From: an uncultured Candidatus Saccharibacteria bacterium
GTDB taxonomy: Bacteria > Patescibacteriota > Saccharimonadia > Saccharimonadales > Saccharimonadaceae
Assembly: GCA_963541395.1 (NCBI GenBank)
Contig: CAUTSQ010000001.1
Span: 1-57,239 of the forward strand
Direction of reading: 5' to 3'
Length of the DNA: 57,239 nucleotides
The notes beneath the pieces are model-generated. The model was given only the letters and a program-made list of their open reading frames with translations, was not told where the DNA came from and ran no database searches. Shown in pieces: positions 43,295 to 52,516 of this stretch. The translations under genes were made by a program, and so were the position numbers. Within the stretch, counting starts at the first letter, position 1; every line of letters starts with the position of its first letter.

Positions 43295-43999
43295 TCACGC
43301 CGGCAAGCGCTGTTCCGGACAACTCGCCAAAATCCGCTCCATAGCCGTGCGTTCCGGCGGTGTCACCCACAGCGAGTATTTTTTCTTGACGGCAATTTGA
43401 CGGGCAATGTACTGGCAGCGAAACGGTTTATTTGACGGCAGCCAAGTCGCCGCATCGCCGTCGCCCTTCTGCTGGTTGGCTGGTCCGTCGACAGCTAGCA
43501 GCTCAAGCGGATCGTTAGCCAGACTGATTCGCTGTTCGCTAGACAACTGCTGAGCGCCAGTCTGCCAAGCGTTGCTCAGCGCCACTACGTGGTCAATCTG
43601 CACAGCGCCGCTAGAATTAGCACCGCGCTTGAAAGCGATCCGCTGCCCAGTGTACGGGTCGCTAAGAGCGCCAGCCTGTACTTTGCAATTGTCGTCGCCC
43701 AAGACAGCGTTTGCCAAGTCACGCCGCAAAATAACATTGCGCGTATCGCAGCCGCCTGCCTTGGCCCAGCCGTCGCCGAACTGCGAGCGTTTGTAGCCAG
43801 TCTTGGGAGCGCGGCCCTTGGTTAGCAATGCCGCTAAGGCGTCGCGCGCTATTTCGCCAGAGCCAGAAACCAGCTCCGGCTGCTGAGACTGCGAATCTGG
43901 CAGCATCAGCAGCAAATTCGGCCGCTCCTTAATAACAATCCATCCGAAAGTACCTATCAAAACTACCGCTACTAATACCATTCTGCGCCGCCGCTGCAT
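43295..43999 (-). CDS. Membrane-anchored HNH endonuclease (DUF1524-type)
   Basis: GYKRSQFG, CDTRNVIL, IDHVV, ANDP, NQQKGD; N-terminal TM. Confidence 0.85.
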   Translation of the reverse strand: MQRRRRMVLVAVVLIGTFGWIVIKERPNLLLMLPDSQSQQPELVSGSGEIARDALAALLTKGRAPKTGYKRSQFGDGWAKAGGCDTRNVILRRDLANAVLGDDNCKVQAGALSDPYTGQRIAFKRGANSSGAVQIDHVVALSNAWQTGAQQLSSEQRISLANDPLELLAVDGPANQQKGDGDAATWLPSNKPFRCQYIARQIAVKKKYSLWVTPPERTAMERILASCPEQRLPA

Positions 44000-44032
44000 A
44001 AGCATATTATACCACCCTGCTATAATGGGTGT

Positions 44033-46540
44033 ATGGACAGACTATTTTCTCAATTTCAACCAGAACATTACGACATTCAATGGGATTTGCGTCAAGCGAA
44101 GAGCAATCGCTTAATCCGCGGCACGGCAACTATCCGCGGCCAACATCTAGCAGCCGAACCAATTCGCTTGCACGCCAAAGATTTGCAGATTGAAGAAGTT
44201 ACTGTCAACGGCCAAGCAGTCAAAGCATCAATCAACGGCGACATTTTGACGCTTGACAATACCGACGACAGTCCAGTGCAAATCACTATCAAATTCTCAC
44301 TAGCACTAACCGACGCTATGCACGGTATTTATCCTTGCTATTACCAACACCAAGGCCAGAAATGCGAGCTATACGCCACTCAATTCGAAAGCCACCATGC
44401 CCGCGAAGCCTTCCCATGCGTCGACGAACCAGAGGCCAAAGCGACATTTGCGATTTCAATATTATCAAATGAACCAGTAGTACTCAGCAATATGCCAGTC
44501 GTTTCGCAGCAGGAAAGCAGCGAGGGAACGCTAACCGCCTTTGAGCAAACACCGCGCATGAGCACTTACCTGGCGGCTTTTGTCGCTGGCGATTTGCAGC
44601 GCGCGACTACTGCCACCAAGAGCGGCGTCGAGGTCAACGTCTACGCCACACCAGCGCAGTCAGCCGACAGCTTGAACTGGGCGCTCCAGCACGCAGCACA
44701 AACAATTGACTTTTTCAACGAGTATTTTGGCGTGCCTTACCCGCTGCCGAAATCTGACCATGTAGCACTACCTGATTTTTCTAGCGGCGCTATGGAGAAT
44801 TGGGGCTTGGTGACCTACCGCGAAACCGCCCTGCTGGCCGATCCGGCAACCGCTAGCGTTTCAACCCGCCAATATATTGCGACGGTTATCGCCCACGAAT
44901 TAAGCCACCAATGGTTCGGCAATCTAGTGACTATGAAGTGGTGGAATAACCTGTGGCTGAACGAGAGTTTCGCTACGCTGATGGAATACCTAGCAACCGA
45001 CGCGCTGCATCCGGATTGGCGGCAATGGGACGAGTTCGCCAACAATGAAGGTGTCGCTGCCCTGCGCCGCGATAGCATCGACGGCGTACAGCCAGTTCAA
45101 ACCGACGTATCGAGCCCAGCCGAAATTAGCGCGCTGTTTGATGGAGCGATTGTCTACGCCAAAGGCGGCCGGCTGCTGCGAATGATGCAACTATGGATCG
45201 GTGATGAAGCGTTCCGCGCTGGCCTCAAGCAGTATTTCACCCGCTTCAAGTATAGCAACACTACTGGCGACGACCTCTGGGAATGCCTAAGCCAAGCTAG
45301 CGGCAAAGACGTCGGAGCGCTAATGAATACCTGGATTTCACAGCCAGGTTACCCGGTAGTCTACGCATCGCTCGACAATGGCGAGTTGACGCTCCGCCAA
45401 GAACAATTCTTCACCGGGCCGCACCAGCCGTCTGATCGTTTGTGGCCAATTCCGATTGACGCCAACGACCAGCGCCTGCCCGAAATTCTAAAAGAGCGCG
45501 AACAGCATCTCTCGCCAGCGCCAGACGGACTATTGCTACTCAATCATCAAAACGCCTCGCACTTTATCACTTGCTACGACGACACTCTACGAGCACGCAT
45601 ATTGCAGGCCATCACCGATGGTATATTAACGCCAGCACAACGAGCCCAGTATCTCAACGAGCAAATCTTGCTAGCCCGTGGCGGTCTAGTCGCTAGCAGC
45701 ACGCTAGTCGAAGCGCTAGCCGCCTTTCAAAACGAAGACGATCAGACCGTCTGGGAAATCATCTCGCTAGCCATCAGCGATCTCAAGAAATTCGTTGACC
45801 AAGACGAAGCCGCCGAAAAGCTGCTGCGCCACCTATCGGGCAAGTTAGCTCGTCCGCAATTCGAGCGCCTAGGTTGGAATAAACACCCCGGCGAGCCAGA
45901 AGCTGACAGCAAACTGCGCGCCGCCATCATCGATTGCATGCTATATAGCGAGGACGCAGCGGCAATCAGCACCGCGCGCCAGCTCTACCAGAATACACCT
46001 CTAGCCGAGCTCAGTGCCGACCTGCGCCCGTCAATCATCGGTGCCGCCGTCCGCTACAGCGATCAGCCGGCAGATATAGTCAGCCAGCTACTCGAAGCCT
46101 ACCAAGCCACGCAATCAGCCGACCTGCGCAGCGACATCGCCGCAGGGGTCGCCACGACACGCGACGCCGAGCAGCTAGCACGCTTGATCGGGCTACTCAC
46201 CAACACCGACATCATCCGTAGCCAAGACACCGTTCACTGGTTCGTCGACCTGCTGCGCAATCGCTACGGCCGCGAAGCCGCCTGGCGCTGGATGCGCAGC
46301 CAGTGGAGTTGGATCGAGCAAACTTTCGCCAGCGACAAAAGCCACGATTATTTCCCGCGCTACGCCGCCATGCTGCTGATGACGCGCCAGCAGCTAGCCG
46401 AATACCGCGAATTTTTCACGCCGCTGCGCCGCGACCAGTCGCTCGTCCGCGCCATCGACATGGGAATATTAGATTTAGAGGGCAAACTAGACCTAATCGA
46501 CCGTGACAAAGCGGCAGTCATAGCAGCGCTGGCAAAGTAA
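44033..46540 (+). CDS. pepN: M1 family aminopeptidase N
   Basis: GAMENWG, HELSHQWFGN...E, YAKG, ERAP1-like C-terminus. Confidence 0.95.
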   Translation: MDRLFSQFQPEHYDIQWDLRQAKSNRLIRGTATIRGQHLAAEPIRLHAKDLQIEEVTVNGQAVKASINGDILTLDNTDDSPVQITIKFSLALTDAMHGIYPCYYQHQGQKCELYATQFESHHAREAFPCVDEPEAKATFAISILSNEPVVLSNMPVVSQQESSEGTLTAFEQTPRMSTYLAAFVAGDLQRATTATKSGVEVNVYATPAQSADSLNWALQHAAQTIDFFNEYFGVPYPLPKSDHVALPDFSSGAMENWGLVTYRETALLADPATASVSTRQYIATVIAHELSHQWFGNLVTMKWWNNLWLNESFATLMEYLATDALHPDWRQWDEFANNEGVAALRRDSIDGVQPVQTDVSSPAEISALFDGAIVYAKGGRLLRMMQLWIGDEAFRAGLKQYFTRFKYSNTTGDDLWECLSQASGKDVGALMNTWISQPGYPVVYASLDNGELTLRQEQFFTGPHQPSDRLWPIPIDANDQRLPEILKEREQHLSPAPDGLLLLNHQNASHFITCYDDTLRARILQAITDGILTPAQRAQYLNEQILLARGGLVASSTLVEALAAFQNEDDQTVWEIISLAISDLKKFVDQDEAAEKLLRHLSGKLARPQFERLGWNKHPGEPEADSKLRAAIIDCMLYSEDAAAISTARQLYQNTPLAELSADLRPSIIGAAVRYSDQPADIVSQLLEAYQATQSADLRSDIAAGVATTRDAEQLARLIGLLTNTDIIRSQDTVHWFVDLLRNRYGREAAWRWMRSQWSWIEQTFASDKSHDYFPRYAAMLLMTRQQLAEYREFFTPLRRDQSLVRAIDMGILDLEGKLDLIDRDKAAVIAALAK

Positions 46541-46620
46541 TTTCGGTTTTTTGAGATAAGTAATTTTGTGGCTTTTACAGAGGTAGTAAAATTATTATGA
46601 CACATTTTTCGTTAAAACGA

Positions 46621-47119
46621 TTAACATTTATACGATAATGTGCTATATTCATAATAGCTTTTCGCTCGAGTTTAGTCTAAAGGGCGAGAAGTGCCCTTTA
46701 ACTCGAGTGATGATTTTCTGAGGAGGAAATCATGAGCTTCATCATTGTCGTCTCCATCACTTTTGCTCTCGTCGCCCCCTGGGCGACGAAGTCTGTTTTC
46801 GACGCCGCCGGCCCGTTGGCCAGCTGGGGGTGGGTCGCGACGTTTGTCGCGGCCCACATCTGGGTCTGGAAGTGCATCTCATACGCCATCTCCAATGGCG
46901 CCAGTGAGATCATTTACATGCCAGCAATCATGCTGGCAGTGTACGAGCTTATCGTTATCGGCTTCGTGCCGATGACCTTCGAGGATGAGGACACATGCAG
47001 GTGCCTTACATGTGAGCAGCACCGCCACAAGGCGGTGAAGAAGGGCTAACCGCCCGCTGAAAATAGCTCGCTGAATTAGCGTTCAGCTTGAGCTCGTTCG
47101 GCGGGCTATTTTCTTTGGT
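46621..47119 (+). other. Framed expression cassette B
   Basis: Same promoter, leader and terminator frame as cassettes A and C. Confidence 0.85.
46732..47049 (+). CDS. Cassette B payload: 105-aa membrane protein with CxCxxC..H tail, ends KG
   Basis: GAGGAGG SD, three hydrophobic segments, ends AAG GGC TAA. Confidence 0.75.
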   Translation: MSFIIVVSITFALVAPWATKSVFDAAGPLASWGWVATFVAAHIWVWKCISYAISNGASEIIYMPAIMLAVYELIVIGFVPMTFEDEDTCRCLTCEQHRHKAVKKG

Positions 47120-48154
47120 TTAATTTACTTCCACTACTGCTTGGACGGCTGGCGGGTCACCGCTCACGCTGGCGGCTAGCAGCTTGGCCGCCATGCCGCT
47201 GCATTCTGGTTTGTCCGCCAAAAACAACTCTGCCGCGAAACGCATCTGCCGCTGCTTTTTGGCGGTAATCGCCGCCAGTCCATCGCCGAAATCATCGTTC
47301 TTACGATACTTCACCTCGGTGAAATACAACACCTTGCCTTTCACGCTGACGATATCGATTTCGCAGTACCGCGTCCGCCAATTCCGCGCCACAATCTCAT
47401 GACCGTCCGCTGTCAGCCAATCTGCTGCCGCTTGCTCGCCTTTATCGCCAATTTGGCGAGTTGTCATTGGTTTACGTGGGCCCCTGATTATTTTCTGAGG
47501 ATATCCGACAGGCGGCTCGCCAGATTGAACGACTGTTTTCTGAGGCACTGCTCGCGGCTTCGCCTTGTTATCAGCATACTTCGCCAGCGGCGCGAAACTC
47601 AGCCGGTGCAGCGGCGTCACGCCCAGGCGCTCAATCGCCGCCCGATGCTTGGCCACGCCATAGCCAGCGTTCGACGCGAAACCGTACCCTGGATAAACCG
47701 CATCTTGCTCGGCCATGAACTGGTCGCGCGCCACCTTGGCGATGATTGATGCCGCCGACACGCTCGGAATCAAACCGTCGGCCTTAGGCATGGTCATAGC
47801 GAACTTCTCTAGCGCCGTGCCGCGCAGAAAATTCACCTTGCCATCGATGATAACTTCGCTAAAAGCTAGATTTTGCTGGCGGCATTGCGCTTGAATTTGC
47901 TCGACCGCTCGCCGCGTCGCCAGTCGCAGCGCTTCGCTCATGCCAGCCTCGTCTAACTCCTGGGCGCTCACCCAGCCCAGCGCCCAGACAGCCGCCTGCT
48001 GGCGGATTAACGCATCTAGAGTCTGGCGGCGCTTTTTGGTTAGCTTTTTGCTATCGTCCAAGCCGTCAATCTCGGCGCCGCCCAGAATCACCGCGCCAAC
48101 CACCAGCGGCCCTGCCCATGGCCCGCGCCCAACCTCGTCGATCCCCAAAATCAT
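47120..48154 (-). CDS. rnhB: Ribonuclease HII fused to a YraN (UPF0102) domain
   Basis: GIDEVGRGPWAGP, DSKKL, SAASIIAKVARD; then GDKGEQAA, RNWR..EIDIV, EVKYR (47120-47467). Confidence 0.92.
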   Translation of the reverse strand: MILGIDEVGRGPWAGPLVVGAVILGGAEIDGLDDSKKLTKKRRQTLDALIRQQAAVWALGWVSAQELDEAGMSEALRLATRRAVEQIQAQCRQQNLAFSEVIIDGKVNFLRGTALEKFAMTMPKADGLIPSVSAASIIAKVARDQFMAEQDAVYPGYGFASNAGYGVAKHRAAIERLGVTPLHRLSFAPLAKYADNKAKPRAVPQKTVVQSGEPPVGYPQKIIRGPRKPMTTRQIGDKGEQAAADWLTADGHEIVARNWRTRYCEIDIVSVKGKVLYFTEVKYRKNDDFGDGLAAITAKKQRQMRFAAELFLADKPECSGMAAKLLAASVSGDPPAVQAVVEVN

Positions 48155-48267
48155 AAGTTCATGATAACAAATGGCAGCGATAGGCTCAATCGCAGACACA
48201 GGTGGCGGAATTTGTGTTATAATATTGGTAAGCTAAGCACATTGACTAGAGAGGAGATGTTTAGCTG

Positions 48268-48507
48268 ATGAAAGGCAAAATTTTTGTCTTATTCATTATG
48301 GTCGGGATCCCGACCATCACCTGGGCCTTTCTGGCCTGGGTAGTAATGTTGGCACTGGGAGCGCTGCACTCGCTGTATAGCGCAATCCCATCGCTCTCCT
48401 TTCTTGAGAGCTTCCTTGCAACGTTGATGCTATTTGCTATAGTCATCTTTGCATTGTCCATGGCAACCGAGAACACGCGACCAGCCCGCCGTCACAACGG
48501 CCGCTGA
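48268..48507 (+). CDS. Orphan 79-aa hydrophobic protein (cassette-like)
   Basis: TGTTATAAT promoter, GAGGAG SD, two long hydrophobic stretches, basic tail, long 3' hairpin. Confidence 0.65.
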   Translation: MKGKIFVLFIMVGIPTITWAFLAWVVMLALGALHSLYSAIPSLSFLESFLATLMLFAIVIFALSMATENTRPARRHNGR

Positions 48508-48589
48508 CCTCTGCCCACGAGGAAGCGGCCCCCGGGCAGAAATCCTGCTTTGCTGTCAGCCTACTTCGGTGGGCGGTTTCCTCTCCGGC

Positions 48590-48657
48590 GCCCGCCGAGG
48601 CGGCTCGCGGAACACGCACGTTCTGCTTGAGCCGCCTCGGCGGGCACTTTCCTTTTC
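48590..48657 (+). terminator. Long GC hairpin/terminator
   Basis: gcccgccgaggcggctc...gagccgcctcggcgggc (17-bp perfect arms) followed by ctttcctttt. Confidence 0.75.
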
Positions 48658-48733
48658 ACGGTTATTTCGCTGGCAAAACAAAATCCCGCTCATCGGCGGG
48701 ATTTATCGTTAGTGCTAGACGCAGAGACTGCCG

Positions 48734-49255
48734 TTAATTTTCGGCGTGGCGAGCGGCTACTTCAGCGGCCTTGGCGTCCAATTCGGCTTGTTTAGCGTCT
48801 TCGGCGGCTTTCTTCTCGGCGGCTTCTTTGGCTTTTTCCTCTTTCAAGCGAGCGGCTTCTTCTTCGGCGTGTTTATCGCGGACGGCATTTACCGCCTCGC
48901 GGTCGAACTTAACAGCAGTCAGGCGGGCCGACTTGCCGCTGCGTTTGCGCAAGAAGCTCAAGAAGTTGCGGCGAACCTTGGCCCGGCGCACAATCTCGAC
49001 TTTTTCGACCAGCGGGCTGTGCAGCAAGAACGATTTTTCGACGCCGACACCCGAAGCAACTTTGCGGACGGTAATGCGGCTAGTGTGCTGGCCTTTGTTG
49101 TCAGTGCGGATAACCACACCTTCGAACATCTGAATGCGCTCTTTGTTGCCCTCTTTGATTTTCTGATACACGCGCACGGTGTCGCCGCTGCGAACATCGA
49201 CAACTTGCGCTTTCTTTTGCTCGTCGTTGACTTTTTGGATTAATGCAAAACTCAT
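48734..49255 (-). CDS. rplS: 50S ribosomal protein L19 with Ala/Glu/Lys C-terminal extension
   Basis: GDTVRV, KERIQMFEGVVI, GVGVEK, KVRR, GKSARL. Confidence 0.97.
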   Translation of the reverse strand: MSFALIQKVNDEQKKAQVVDVRSGDTVRVYQKIKEGNKERIQMFEGVVIRTDNKGQHTSRITVRKVASGVGVEKSFLLHSPLVEKVEIVRRAKVRRNFLSFLRKRSGKSARLTAVKFDREAVNAVRDKHAEEEAARLKEEKAKEAAEKKAAEDAKQAELDAKAAEVAARHAEN

Positions 49256-49463
49256 AATTTTTCCTATCTTTCGAACCGATTCTGGCTGGCCACGCAGTTG
49301 TACCTCTGCGGCTCCACACCGAACAAAGCCCGAATATTAACTCTCGTACAATGCAAGTATTCTAACACAATATCAAGCGGCAAGCAATAGTTGCAAAGGG
49401 AGAGCAGCCAGCAAAGCCCGCTAATTGCTAGCTGCTCTTGATCTTTATAAAAAAAGAAATAAT

Positions 49464-49970
49464 TTACGCTGTGGTCGATTGATTAATGCTATCGATATCG
49501 ACAAGAACTTGAGTATCGGGATTAGAACCGCCCGCCGTCTGGAAATCTGAGTCAGCTAACGGTTGAACATCTGGATTAATTTGAGTGCTAGTATCAGGAC
49601 ACACGAAACCGCGACCAATAAGTCCTTGCTCCTGCCATATATTGCAAACACCTACTCTAGAAGCTCCGTCTACCACTACTCTGTCCGAAGACTGATCAGT
49701 GCCAGTGTCAGTGTCAATAGAGTCGCCTGGCACCGCTGGCTGAGGCAAATTATCAGTCCTGTCTGTCACAGGAGTAGGATCTTCTTCTTCATTCGCAGCA
49801 AACTCCATAGATGCACGCACGGTAGAACAAGTTGCCACTACAACAATTGCAGAGAGAGCGCCTATCGGTTTCCTTAACTCCTTCTTGGGCAGCCAATCCC
49901 AATCTAAGCCAGTAGACCCCTCAGACGCTGCATGTCTCATAGCTGGCCTGCCAAATTCTAATATACCCAT
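49464..49970 (-). CDS. Orphan acidic exported/membrane-anchored protein
   Basis: Hydrophobic stretch followed by an Asp/Thr/Pro-rich region; TGTGGTATAAT upstream. Confidence 0.6.
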   Translation of the reverse strand: MGILEFGRPAMRHAASEGSTGLDWDWLPKKELRKPIGALSAIVVVATCSTVRASMEFAANEEEDPTPVTDRTDNLPQPAVPGDSIDTDTGTDQSSDRVVVDGASRVGVCNIWQEQGLIGRGFVCPDTSTQINPDVQPLADSDFQTAGGSNPDTQVLVDIDSINQSTTA

Positions 49971-50052
49971 CTCGTTATATTTTTACCTCGAAATTAAAAT
50001 TGGTATGTCTTTTTATTATACCACAAACTATACTAAAATGCAAGCAAAGCAG

Positions 50053-50670
50053 CTATTCATCAGTTGGGTCAAGAGCTTGACGCGGGGTCAACGAGTTTTC
50101 TGTTGAACTCTCTACATATACGACACGGTAGGGCTTGCCGTCAATAATCATAGTCGTCGGAAGCTCCGCTCCTGGCTGAAATCCGTCGACTGCCCCGTCA
50201 AATTTCACACAGATAACTGTATTTTCATCGACGCTATCCGACCGTCTGGCCGCCTTGGATGACGGAGGGTCTACTTCCACCAATTTGCCATCTTCAACGG
50301 CGTAGTATCTTACCTGTTCGTCACCCACCTGCCGCGATTCGCCAGGCTGCTGACATGTCGGGTCGCCGTTGACTTCAGCAGCTGGGCGTACAACAATCTT
50401 GCCGCTGTTTTCACCGTCTGTACTCTGTATGTAAGCAACTGGCGCGATCCAAACTGAATCACCCTCGCCAATTTTTTTGGCTAACTCCTCATAAGTTAGT
50501 GTCCCGGCAGTAGCGCTCTCGGAGGCAGTACTCCCGGCTGGCGTAGGATCCGGCGTCTGATGCTCAGCCGAGCACGACCCGACAAACGAGCTTAACGCTA
50601 AACTTCCAACTGCCAAAAATGTTGTCAACCGGTTTCTTATTGTGTCTAAAAACTCTCCATTTCTTCTCAT
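50053..50670 (-). CDS. Orphan putative lipoprotein
   Basis: Signal peptide ending VGSC, Pro/Thr linker. Confidence 0.65.
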   Translation of the reverse strand: MRRNGEFLDTIRNRLTTFLAVGSLALSSFVGSCSAEHQTPDPTPAGSTASESATAGTLTYEELAKKIGEGDSVWIAPVAYIQSTDGENSGKIVVRPAAEVNGDPTCQQPGESRQVGDEQVRYYAVEDGKLVEVDPPSSKAARRSDSVDENTVICVKFDGAVDGFQPGAELPTTMIIDGKPYRVVYVESSTENSLTPRQALDPTDE

Positions 50671-50745
50671 AAATATATTATGCTACAAACTGCCATTTAG
50701 ATCAACATGCGCGCCCAAAATGCCAAAACGCGCTATAATATACTC

Positions 50746-51879
50746 ATGGATTACAACAAACTAGCACTCGAACTACACCAAAAATATAAAGGCAAAATTA
50801 CCACCGCGCTGCGCGATAACGGCGAAATTGACCGCGATAAGCTTAGCGCTTATTACAGCCCAGGGGTTGGCGCGGTCAGCCAAGCCATCGCCGAGAACCC
50901 GGCGGATTTGCCGAAATACACTTGGACGAATAATTTGGTCGGCGTGATTTCTGACGGCTCGGCGATCTTGGGCCTCGGTGATTTGGGGCCGAAAGCCGCC
51001 ATGCCAGTCATGGAAGGCAAGGCGCTGCTGTTCAAGCATTTCGCTAATGTCGATGCCGTGCCAATCGTCTTGGATGTTCATGAGCCAGAAGAAATCATCG
51101 CTGCGATCAAGGCGATAGCGCCGAGCTTTGGGGCGATCAATTTAGAGGATATCGCTTCGCCAAAATGCTTCGAGATCGAGGAGCGTTTGAAAGCCGAACT
51201 AGACATTCCAGTATTTCACGATGACCAGCACGGTACGGCAATAGTAGTGTTAGCTGGGCTAATCAACGCCGCCAAGGTTGTCGATAAGAACTTGCGCGAC
51301 TGCAAAGTCGTTCTGGCGGGGCCAGGCGCGGCTGGCACAGCGATTATTAAGCTACTCAATCTGTACGGTATCAAAAACTTAATTGCGCTTGATCGCCACG
51401 GCGCGCTGAGCAGCGACCGCACTGACCTGTCGCCAGAAAAAACCGCCTTGCAGCAATATTTGAACACTTCAGAAAGCGGTACTCTAGCAGAGGTACTAAC
51501 TGGCGCCGATATCTTCATCGGCGTATCGGCCGCCAACTCGCTAGCGCCAGAAATGGTCGCCGCAATGGCCAGCCAGCCGATTATTTTTGCCCTGGCCAAT
51601 CCAGTGCCCGAAATCATGCCCAATGCCGCGATTAGCGCTGGCGCAGCTGTCGTAGCGACTGGCCGCAGCGACTTCCCAAATCAAGTTAATAATTCCTTAG
51701 CCTTCCCTGGTATTTTCCGCGGCGCGCTCGACAATGGCGTGCAGAAAATCACCGACCAGCACAAGTTAGCCGCCGCCGAAGCTCTAGCAGCGCTGGTCGA
51801 GAGCCCAACCGCTGACGAAGTTATCCCGTCGCCATTCGACAAACGCGTCGTACCAGCGGTGGCAAATGTCATAAAATAA
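50746..51879 (+). CDS. NAD(P)-dependent malic enzyme
   Basis: YSPGVG, DGSAILGLG, INLEDI, FHDDQHGTA, GPGAAG, ATGRSDFPNQVNN. Confidence 0.95.
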   Translation: MDYNKLALELHQKYKGKITTALRDNGEIDRDKLSAYYSPGVGAVSQAIAENPADLPKYTWTNNLVGVISDGSAILGLGDLGPKAAMPVMEGKALLFKHFANVDAVPIVLDVHEPEEIIAAIKAIAPSFGAINLEDIASPKCFEIEERLKAELDIPVFHDDQHGTAIVVLAGLINAAKVVDKNLRDCKVVLAGPGAAGTAIIKLLNLYGIKNLIALDRHGALSSDRTDLSPEKTALQQYLNTSESGTLAEVLTGADIFIGVSAANSLAPEMVAAMASQPIIFALANPVPEIMPNAAISAGAAVVATGRSDFPNQVNNSLAFPGIFRGALDNGVQKITDQHKLAAAEALAALVESPTADEVIPSPFDKRVVPAVANVIK

Positions 51880-51899
51880 ATCCTAAATCAAGACTAAGT

Positions 51900-51947
51900 A
51901 GTTGAGTTGGGGGCGGGACGGCGAACTAAATCGCGCGCCCCGCCCCA
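51900..51947 (-). repeat. Conserved 3' hairpin, second cassette family, copy 2
   Basis: agttgagttgggggcgggacggcgaactaaatcgcgcgccccgcccc. Confidence 0.8.
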
Positions 51948-52002
51948 GAGCAAAGGCGCGGCTCTGCTGGCTTGAGCTTACCTTTGCGACCGGTCAGCGA
52001 GG

Positions 52003-52416
52003 TTAGGGCGTGGTTGTTGGACTAGTATACCAGTCCAACATCCTTTCAAAGTATCCGCCCCAGCTATACGGCTCTGGGACCAAAATCTCTGGATACCGAC
52101 AGAAGTCTGTCTCGATATTGCCAGCGGCATCACAGTAAAAAAAAGCCAGCGTCGCTCCGCCCTGCCTGTCGTAAACAGCCACGACAAACGACATTTCTCG
52201 ATATACCGATCTGCAGCTGAAAACCTCTGTGTAGAATCCTGCCTCGCGGGCAGAGTTCATGAGGCCAAGAGCAGCGCAGGCCGCGACGCCCCTACCTCCA
52301 GCCGCCAGTTCGTGAAGCTGGCAATCTGGAGAGGTTGACCTATCCAGCCTATAATTGTCGCAGGCTTTAGAAGTAAGAGTAGTAGTCCTACCCATGATAG
52401 CACTTTTCCAGATCAT
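52003..52416 (-). CDS. Orphan Cys-containing protein (cassette-like)
   Basis: TGTGGTATAGT promoter, GGAAGG SD before ATG (MIWKS); shares its 3' hairpin with 40690-41115. Confidence 0.6.
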   Translation of the reverse strand: MIWKSAIMGRTTTLTSKACDNYRLDRSTSPDCQLHELAAGGRGVAACAALGLMNSAREAGFYTEVFSCRSVYREMSFVVAVYDRQGGATLAFFYCDAAGNIETDFCRYPEILVPEPYSWGGYFERMLDWYTSPTTTP

Positions 52417-52516
52417 CTCATACCTTCCTTCCGCCCCGTACCGGGGCCACTCGACGATGGATGTACTCAAACTCTACATCTTAGAGCCAGCACCCAATAC
52501 TATACCACAATTTGCG

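Noticed and set aside
47486..47545. ttttctgagg in the rnhB-yraN linker as a cassette leader remnant
   Set aside because: Only a 10-nt match to the cassette B SD region, with no other frame elements
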